Assembly: GCA_000091165.1 (NCBI GenBank)
Contig: FP565575.1
Location: 2,640,001 to 2,672,000 of the forward strand
Direction of reading: 5' to 3'
DNA from: Candidatus Methylomirabilis oxygeniifera
Lineage (GTDB): Bacteria > Methylomirabilota > Methylomirabilia > Methylomirabilales > Methylomirabilaceae
DNA length: 32,000 nt
The translations under genes were made by a program, and so were the position numbers. Shown here one piece after another: positions 1 to 6,190 of this stretch. Position 1 is the first letter of the stretch, and every line of letters starts with the position of its first letter. A model generated the notes under the pieces. That model searched no databases, was not told the origin of the DNA, and was given only the letters and a program-made list of their open reading frames with translations.

Positions 1-111
1 ATAACTGAATGCTCAGAAAGCCGAACCGGGCCTGTAGAGACTTTATTAAAGAATTGACCTGCTGCGTGGTCCAGCTAATCGCGTGATTTTCACGTACTGG
101 ATGACCTTGGT

Positions 112-888
112 GTGGACCAAAGTGAAAGCCGAATCAGATTCTCTTATACCATACCCATGAAACAGGATGACATATTGCGGAATCTTTCGGCGCGGGCCGG
201 TCGGGCGGTGGCCCATTACTGGGCAACCAGGGCTGCCCAACGAGACAGGCAGAAGCAGACCGGAAAGGCCGATCAGGGGCTGCGCAGCGCTGTGACCGGC
301 GGAGCGCAGATGGATGGATTCATTGACCTCTTCACCGAACTCATTACGGCCGCCGGGATACCTGCGCGGTACATCTTTCGGAGCAAGGACGTGGAGCTTC
401 CGGGATTCTTCCGTCCCACCAAGGAATGGGACCTGCTCGTCATCCGCGAGAAAACGCTACTCATTGCCATTGAAGCTAAGTCACAGGTCGGACCGTCGTT
501 CGGCAACAACTTCAACAACCGAACCGAGGAGGCGATGGGAAGCGCGCTCGACCTCTGGACCGCGTATCGGGAACATGCCTACCTCGCAAGTCCTCAACCG
601 TTCCTCGGCTACTTCTTCATGTTGGAGGACTGCGATGCCTCCAACAACCCGGTGAAAGTGCGGGAACCGCACTTCAAGGTTTTTCCGGAGTTTGTCGGCG
701 CGTCGTATTGTCGTCGGTACGAACTCTTCTGCCGAAAGCTTGTGCTTGAGCGATACTACACAACATCAGCGTTCATCACCTCGACGGCCAGCGACGGTAG
801 CAGGGGCCTGTTTTCAACGCCGGCGGACGACCTCTCGCTTGAGCGTTTCGCCAAGATTCTTGTCGGCCATTTGGCGGCCTTTGTGTGA
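112..888 (+). CDS. Type II restriction endonuclease, XhoI/PaeR7I-like (start uncertain: GTG 112 or ATG 157)
   Basis: 258-aa ORF. The segment DLLVIREKTLLIAIEAKSQVGPSFGNNFNNRTEEAMGSALD looks like a PD-(D/E)xK core, and I recognise it as XhoI/PaeR7I-family-like. Its stop (886-888) lies 4 nt before the ATG of a DNA methyltransferase. No clear SD precedes either candidate start. Confidence 0.55.
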   Translation: MDQSESRIRFSYTIPMKQDDILRNLSARAGRAVAHYWATRAAQRDRQKQTGKADQGLRSAVTGGAQMDGFIDLFTELITAAGIPARYIFRSKDVELPGFFRPTKEWDLLVIREKTLLIAIEAKSQVGPSFGNNFNNRTEEAMGSALDLWTAYREHAYLASPQPFLGYFFMLEDCDASNNPVKVREPHFKVFPEFVGASYCRRYELFCRKLVLERYYTTSAFITSTASDGSRGLFSTPADDLSLERFAKILVGHLAAFV

Positions 889-892
889 CCAG

Positions 893-1801
893 ATGGGAAC
901 AACGATGCACAGGCTGATCAACGGGGATTCGCGGGACCTCTCGTTCCTGCCGGACGCATCAGTCCATCTTATCGTCACGTCACCGCCGTACTGGAATCTC
1001 AAGCGGTATAACGAGAATCCGGACCAGCTTGGGCACATTCAGGAGTACGAAGCCTTCCTGTTTGAGTTGGAGAAGGTCTGGCGGCATGTCTACCGAATTC
1101 TCGTGCCCGGCGGTCGTTTAGTCTGCGTGGTCGGAGATGTGTGCGTTGCTCGGCGCGATTTTGGCCGGCACCTGGTTTTTCCACTGCATGCCGATATTTG
1201 CGTCGTATGCCGGCGGATCGGATTTGATAACTTAAACCCGATCATCTGGCACAAGATCGCTAACGCCTCCTATGAAGTTGAGAACGGGTCCAAGTTTCTT
1301 GGGAAGCCGTACGAGCCGAACGCCATCATCAAGAATGATATGGAATTCATCCTGATGCAGCGAAAACCCGGCGGGTACAGAAAGCCAACGAATCAACAGC
1401 GTGATGCAAGCCGAATCCGGAAAGATGACTTTGGCCAATGGTTTCAGCAGATATGGACTATCCCAGGCGCTTCGACTAAACAGCATCCCGCACCGTTCCC
1501 ATTGGAACTTGCCACCCGTCTGATTCGTATGTTCTCCTTCACGGGCGACACCGTCTTAGATCCTTTTTGCGGTTCCGGGACCACAATGATTGCGGCTCTG
1601 CGGACAGGCCGAAACAGCATCGGCGTTGAGATCGATCCGGAGTATTGCCGAATGGCTGCACGCTACCTCAAAGCTGAGGCCGGCGATCTTTTCTCGACCG
1701 TCCAGCTCCTGTTTGAAAAGACGGCCACCGAAACAGCGAGCCTTGTCAAGGAAGATCACGCTCTCTACGAAGTTCGACCAGCGAGGAAAAAACTCGAATA
1801 G
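893..1801 (+). CDS. DNA methyltransferase, beta-class N4/N6 family (SPPY motif, likely m4C)
   Basis: 302 aa from ATG 893. Motif IV LIVTSPPYWNLKRY lies near the N-terminus and AdoMet motif I VLDPFCGSGTTMIAA near the C-terminus, which is the beta-class order. The track ORF starts at 692, but that extension overlaps the REase gene and is R/S/T-rich. Confidence 0.85.
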   Translation: MGTTMHRLINGDSRDLSFLPDASVHLIVTSPPYWNLKRYNENPDQLGHIQEYEAFLFELEKVWRHVYRILVPGGRLVCVVGDVCVARRDFGRHLVFPLHADICVVCRRIGFDNLNPIIWHKIANASYEVENGSKFLGKPYEPNAIIKNDMEFILMQRKPGGYRKPTNQQRDASRIRKDDFGQWFQQIWTIPGASTKQHPAPFPLELATRLIRMFSFTGDTVLDPFCGSGTTMIAALRTGRNSIGVEIDPEYCRMAARYLKAEAGDLFSTVQLLFEKTATETASLVKEDHALYEVRPARKKLE

Positions 1802-1840
1802 GCCAACAAGCACATGCGGCGGGCGGTGGTGATGGCCGGG

Positions 1841-2065
1841 TTAACGCTCCAGGGCCAGGACGCTGAGTATTTCATTATGGAGCAGGCTGTTACTGGCTAC
1901 AATCTGTGGATTCGAAAGGACATATGGTCTGCCGCGAAGATCGGTGACCCGCCCGCCCGCCTCTGTTGCCATCAGCGAACCCGCCGCTATGTGCGGATAC
2001 AGCTTCATCTCCCGGAAACCGTCGAACCGTTCGGCAGCCATATAGCACAGGTCGAATGTCGGTAC
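1841..2065 (-). pseudogene. 3' remnant of an inositol monophosphatase (SuhB/IMPase family) gene
   Basis: The minus-strand ORF 1841..2113 ends with DLCYMAAERFDGFREMKLYPHIAAGSLMATEAGGRVTDLRGRPYVLSNPQIVASNSLLHNEILSVL. This matches only the last ~70 aa of IMPases (canonical ...YVAAGR.DG.WE..L.PWD.AAG.L...EAGG.VTD..G). The conserved WD is replaced by PH. The N-terminal ~190 aa are absent, because the next gene (2130, + strand) begins 17 nt beyond the ORF. Confidence 0.55.
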
Positions 2066-2129
2066 GCGCCAAGGTCGGCGTAACCATCCATCGATAAAGC
2101 TGAAGATCATCATAGTGGTGTGACGCCGA

Positions 2130-3041
2130 ATGGATCGTGTGACCGGACTCTTCCCGCTCTGGGCAGTGCTTATCTCGGCTGCCGCTATCGTTTATCCTGC
2201 GCCGTTGATCCCGCTCAAATGGGCGATTGTGCCGCTGTTGGGGGTCGTCATGTTCGGCATGGGTGTGACGCTGACGCCGCGCGATTTCACGGCCATCATG
2301 AAGCGGCCCCTCACTATCGCCCTCGGTGTGGTCTTACAGTTTCTTCTGATGCCTTTGATCGGGTGGCTGTTGACCCGGCTCCTCTCCCTCCCATTATCCC
2401 TGGCGGTGGGCGTCATCTTGGTGGGCGCGGCGCCTGGCGGGACCGCCTCGAATGTGATTACCTATCTGGCAAGGGGCGATGTGGCGCTCTCCATCACCCT
2501 AACCTCAATATCGACCATACTGGCCGTGGTGATGACGCCGCTGCTCACCTGGCTGTACATCGGGCAGTTGGTCGCCGTGCCTACCGGCGATATGCTGCTC
2601 AGTATCCTGGAGATTATCCTGGTCCCAGTGGCGTGTGGCATCTTCGTCAATGCGCGATGGGGCGGTCGACTGGGGAGTGTAAAGCGGCTGTTCCCCCTCA
2701 TTTCTATCGTCGGGATCGTCCTCATCATCGGAGTGATTGTTGCGCTGAATCAATCGCAACTGTCCACGCTGGTCGTTCCCGTCGTTATCGCCGTGATTCT
2801 ACACAACCTCTTGGGGCTGACAGGCGGGTACATGGTCCCCAAAGCGTTCGGGTTCGACTCTACCATCTGCCGAACGATTGCCATCGAGGTCGGCATGCAG
2901 AATTCTGGGCTGGCCGTGGCGCTGGCTGTCAAATATTTTTCGCCTGCCGCGGCGCTTCCTGGCGCCCTCTTCAGCATCTGGCATAACCTGTCAGGCGCGG
3001 CGCTGGCAAGCGTCTGGTCCCGAACCGGCCGACCGAGATAG
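2130..3041 (+). CDS. Bile acid:sodium symporter (BASS/SBF) family transporter
   Basis: 303 aa and polytopic. It has typical SBF stretches (GVTLTPRDF, PLIGWLL, GVILVGAAPGGTASNVITYLARGDVALSITLT, IEVGMQNSGLAVALA). Confidence 0.9.
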   Translation: MDRVTGLFPLWAVLISAAAIVYPAPLIPLKWAIVPLLGVVMFGMGVTLTPRDFTAIMKRPLTIALGVVLQFLLMPLIGWLLTRLLSLPLSLAVGVILVGAAPGGTASNVITYLARGDVALSITLTSISTILAVVMTPLLTWLYIGQLVAVPTGDMLLSILEIILVPVACGIFVNARWGGRLGSVKRLFPLISIVGIVLIIGVIVALNQSQLSTLVVPVVIAVILHNLLGLTGGYMVPKAFGFDSTICRTIAIEVGMQNSGLAVALAVKYFSPAAALPGALFSIWHNLSGAALASVWSRTGRPR

Positions 3042-3250
3042 GACACTGGTCCTCACATGGTCGCGATGCAGCGCCGTCATGTACTTCTTCGTACTCCCAC
3101 CGATATGAGGCCCCACACGGTTTGGTCAGAACCCACTCGCCAAGGCACAGTTTTTGCTTGCACTTTAGGCGCCCAATAAGGTAGACCTCAATGCAGACCA
3201 TAAGCTAGCCGAAGCTGAACCGGGCGTAAGTTCATTGAGGAGCCCCGCGC

Positions 3251-3553
3251 ATGAGCCCGAAAATCGCTATCGACCGCGACCAGATCGCCGACTTCTGCCG
3301 TCGTCACCATATCCGCAAGCTGGCACTCTTCGGCTCCGTACTTCGAGACGATTTCAGGCCGGACAGCGATGTCGATGTGCTGGTGGAGTTCGAGCCAGGG
3401 CACGTTCCAGGGCTAAGGTTTATTCAGATGCAAAACGAGCTTTCAACGATATTGGGAGGGTGGACGGTTGATCTTGTCACGCCCAAATTCCTTAACAAGC
3501 GTGTCCGTGGTCGCGTGCTTGCCGACGCGGAGATACAATATGCAAAAGGATGA
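3251..3553 (+). CDS. mntA: MntA-type nucleotidyltransferase antitoxin
   Basis: 100 aa with the minimal nucleotidyltransferase signature LFGSVLRDDFRPDSDVDVLVEF (GS...D.D). A GAGGAG SD sits ~10 nt upstream. The gene overlaps the downstream HepT gene by 14 nt. Confidence 0.85.
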   Translation: MSPKIAIDRDQIADFCRRHHIRKLALFGSVLRDDFRPDSDVDVLVEFEPGHVPGLRFIQMQNELSTILGGWTVDLVTPKFLNKRVRGRVLADAEIQYAKG

Positions 3554-3890
3554 CCTCGTCTATCTTGGTCACATGTTGGACACCGCCCGCAAAGCGTTCG
3601 ATAAAACACGCGGGAAGGGCCGGCTGGATTATGACGGTGATGAGAATCTGCGTCTGGCTTTAGCCCACTTGATCCAGATTATCGGTGAGGCGGCCAGGCG
3701 TGTTTCGTCGGAAGGGCGTACATCACACCCGGAAATTCCTTGGTCAGACATCATGGGGATGCGCCATAAGGTTGTCCACGATTACCTGGACGTGGATGAG
3801 GACATCGTTTGGGAAGTGGTGACGAGCGATCTACCGAGTCTTGTGAGCGCCTTGGAGAGGATTGTCCCACCCGAAGAGGTCGGTGCATGA
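3540..3890 (+). CDS. hepT: HepT-type (DUF86/HEPN) toxin
   Basis: 116 aa from ATG 3540. The HEPN Rx4H motif is present in MGMRHKVVHDY. The gene is paired and overlapping with the MntA gene. The track ORF start at 3468 is an out-of-context extension inside mntA. Confidence 0.85.
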   Translation: MQKDDLVYLGHMLDTARKAFDKTRGKGRLDYDGDENLRLALAHLIQIIGEAARRVSSEGRTSHPEIPWSDIMGMRHKVVHDYLDVDEDIVWEVVTSDLPSLVSALERIVPPEEVGA

Positions 3891-3893
3891 GCG

Positions 3894-3921
3894 ACCATAT
3901 CACTATCCACTGTGATATGGT
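3894..3921. repeat. Perfect 10-bp inverted repeat ACCATATCAC-(8 nt)-GTGATATGGT directly after the hepT stop
   Basis: Read directly: arms at 3894-3903 and 3912-3921 with loop tatccact. No T-run follows, so it is not a canonical intrinsic terminator. It could be an RNA-stabilising hairpin or a protein-binding palindrome. Confidence 0.4.
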
Positions 3922-4071
3922 TACCAGGCCTGAATGGCTGAACTTGCGTGGGGAGAACGGATGAGTAAAGCCTGAAAGGCTCAAGCTGAAAGATCTGGGG
4001 TGGACGAGTTTCCTGGGTCTGCTCCCCCAAGGAAAACCGAGGTCAAGATCACGCCTGCCAAGGGAAGGCCG

Positions 4072-4150
4072 ATGCTGACCTGGGTTGGGAAGCGGCCGCT
4101 CTCGTTCGTCACTGCCTTCCCCGCTCAGCATGTGGCGACCTTCGCGCCGC
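4072..4150 (+). pseudogene. Possible N-terminal remnant of an adenine-specific DNA methylase (type III Mod / type IIG-like)
   Basis: The translation MLTWVGKRPLSFVTAFPAQHVATF resembles the characteristic N-terminus (..L.W.GK...........PAQL.E.F) of many Mod-type methylases. The frame stops at 4185 with no methylase body behind it. Confidence 0.25.
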
Positions 4151-4334
4151 CCCAATCATCGACATGCTCGGCGAAGGGGCCCTAGTCACGCTGCAGACGA
4201 AGGGACGCTAGTCTTGCTGTCTCAATTGGCCAGTCAGAAGATCAGTTGTTTTCCTCTTCCCAACTGGCCTCGATTCTCTCTCTTGTGCTACATGCCGATG
4301 GAATCCCTATTGTCGACAGTAATCAAGGCTACCG

Positions 4335-4354
4335 ATTAGGAGACATTAGGAGAC
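4335..4354. repeat. Tandem direct repeat 2 x ATTAGGAGAC upstream of the orphan ORF
   Basis: Read directly: attaggagac attaggagac at 4335-4354, 28 nt upstream of ATG 4382. A separate GGAGG SD lies at 4367-4371. Confidence 0.5.
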
Positions 4355-4381
4355 AGCAATATTCTCGGAGGCGATGTTTGC

Positions 4382-5008
4382 ATGATATTTCAGGTTAGCC
4401 CCCATTTTACAAGTAAGAAGCTTAGCTCAGGCAGTCTTGAAGACAGGATCGATATCTATGAAGATCGCATTAAGGGATGGTTTCTCAACCCCGCGCGATC
4501 CTTGCTGGCTGTACCCAACTCGGAGCTGGCAGTCCTTCAGCTTTCAATCGGATACTTCGAAGGCTACGCAATCTACCGTAACGGTTCCGATAGCAGGCGC
4601 CACTCAAAGAAGTTCTTCTGCCAGGCATTCATGGAGGCCTTTCCCTACTCGAGACGTGGAACGGTACAAGGAATAGACCCGTCTCTGGATCTCATAGAGA
4701 AGCTGCCAGTTTTCCTCTATGAGGAGGCTCGGTGTGGGCTTTTTCACGACGGAATGATAGGACGTAGGATCGTGCTGGCTTCCTCCTCGGCACCAATATC
4801 GGTCTCAGCCCATAAGATTACTGGAGACGTCGGAGCGATCGTCATTGATCCAAGAAAATTTTTAGAGGCTGTGGAGGCGCATTTTACCGCCTATACCGCT
4901 AAACTTCGCGATCGCAATAACCCGGAACTACGAGCGAATTTCAACGCAGCTTGGGAATTGAAGAATCCTCCAGTGCCTCTTCGCTTTCCTCTGGGTGGTA
5001 TCCCATGA
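4382..5008 (+). CDS. Hypothetical protein, no family recognised (orphan, lower-GC)
   Basis: 208-aa ORF with a GGAGG SD 10 nt upstream of the ATG. The composition is non-repetitive and protein-like. Local G+C is visibly lower: my hand counts were 25/60 and 29/60 on lines 4381 and 4441, against 37/60 on line 6241. Confidence 0.6.
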   Translation: MIFQVSPHFTSKKLSSGSLEDRIDIYEDRIKGWFLNPARSLLAVPNSELAVLQLSIGYFEGYAIYRNGSDSRRHSKKFFCQAFMEAFPYSRRGTVQGIDPSLDLIEKLPVFLYEEARCGLFHDGMIGRRIVLASSSAPISVSAHKITGDVGAIVIDPRKFLEAVEAHFTAYTAKLRDRNNPELRANFNAAWELKNPPVPLRFPLGGIP

Positions 5009-5080
5009 GGTGTTGGCTATTTAGCGGGTGCCAACCTCTCTAACCATCAGCCTAAGTTTAAGTCGCGATAGGTTGCTAGG

Positions 5081-6190
5081 TTATAGTTGCTGGCGGAAGG
5101 GTGTGGCGTAGCCGGTCATTTCGAGATACCCCACGCCGGAGATCGGTCGGTCACCCACAGTCCCCGACACTGAAACCGATCCCTCCCAGTAGGTCACCAG
5201 AGTGCTGCCTCTCGTGTCCAGCTCCTGATCGGGAAACGCTGCCTGCACCGACAGGTCGAGGCGGCGACTGGGGACCTGTATCCGCCAACGGATCGGGTAT
5301 CGGCCGCTGCTCTTTGGACTCTGCCAGACCGCTTGCGGCGTGAGTTGGAAGGCGCTGAAGGGCAGATGCTCAATGCGCCCATCCGGATAGATCAGGCTGC
5401 CGCTCGAGTGGGGATCGGGGCGGCCATCCGTCAGACGGAGCTGATAGAGCATCAGTTCGACACCATCCTCAAGCTGGATCGCGAACCAGTCCCAACCTAC
5501 CTGCGATTCTGTAAGTTGGCTACTCCCGAATTCGTGATCCATCCAGGTTGATCCGGTTACGGTTTGCCGCTTTCCTCCGAAGGTCAAGGTGCCGCCGGTA
5601 GTCATCCTTGTAAGTGAGTAGTAGTGGGAGGCATGGCCGAGCCCTTCCGCCTTTTGGCTTACACCCTGACTGCCATGGATGGCGGGCGGTTTCGTCAGGG
5701 TCAGGGTGAGATCGATCGCATACCCTTCCGCACTCGCGGTCACACGGTGAACCTTTCCATCTCCACCGGCTTCCCACTGGCCGTTCCAGACCTTGAACTC
5801 TTTAGTCAAAGCGCCGGCCGAATCCAGGGCGCCGCGGCTTCGACGCTCCCAGTATTGGAAGCGGCGGTGCGTGAGGTCCGAGATGGCGAAGTGGGCCAGA
5901 TGCAGGTCGGACACCGCCCAGCGGGACCGGCTATTGCCACGCAGTACAGGATCGATGCCAACCCGAAAGAAGGTCAGTTGGTAACCGAACCGCTGTCCGT
6001 CCACAGTCTGTAGATGGCCGGAATAGTACCACCATTCGGTCTTGAAGTCGGGATGCGAGGCGTGGTCCCGCGGAAAGGCGAATCGATAGCCGGGAAGCGC
6101 CGGTCGGAAGGCCGCTTCTGCCGGCGTCCCGAGACCGCTGAGCAGATAGAGGAGCACTACTATCCCGATCCTGAACCCCTTATCCCTCAT
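5081..6190 (-). CDS. AttH-like exported protein with CrtC/lipocalin-like domain
   Basis: 369 aa with a signal peptide (MRDKGFRIGIVVLLYLLSGLGTPAEA). It carries the hallmark FAFPRDHASHPDFKTEWWYYSGHLQ...GYQLTFFR of the CrtC/AttH family. It overlaps the upstream permease gene by 11 nt. Confidence 0.8.
   Translation of the reverse strand: MRDKGFRIGIVVLLYLLSGLGTPAEAAFRPALPGYRFAFPRDHASHPDFKTEWWYYSGHLQTVDGQRFGYQLTFFRVGIDPVLRGNSRSRWAVSDLHLAHFAISDLTHRRFQYWERRSRGALDSAGALTKEFKVWNGQWEAGGDGKVHRVTASAEGYAIDLTLTLTKPPAIHGSQGVSQKAEGLGHASHYYSLTRMTTGGTLTFGGKRQTVTGSTWMDHEFGSSQLTESQVGWDWFAIQLEDGVELMLYQLRLTDGRPDPHSSGSLIYPDGRIEHLPFSAFQLTPQAVWQSPKSSGRYPIRWRIQVPSRRLDLSVQAAFPDQELDTRGSTLVTYWEGSVSVSGTVGDRPISGVGYLEMTGYATPFRQQL

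Noticed and set aside
692-892. N-terminal extension of the methyltransferase ORF
   Set aside because: It overlaps the endonuclease CDS in another frame and is R/S/T-rich. The methylase homology (HRLINGDSRDL..SPPY) begins right after ATG 893.
2120-2986. 288-aa alternative-frame ORF overlapping the BASS transporter gene
   Set aside because: It is on the same strand in a different frame. It is extremely R/G/A/H-rich and has no motifs, whereas the 2130..3041 frame gives a textbook SBF transporter.
3751-4155. 134-aa and 82-aa minus-strand ORFs across the hepT 3' end and the non-coding gap
   Set aside because: They are antisense to HepT and have P/R/S/G-rich low-complexity composition. No start context is evident.
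5009-5080. Imperfect hairpin GTTGGC-12 nt-GCCAAC between the convergent orphan ORF and the attH-like gene, considered as a bidirectional terminator
   Set aside because: The stem is only 6 bp and has no flanking T- or A-run, which is too weak to call.
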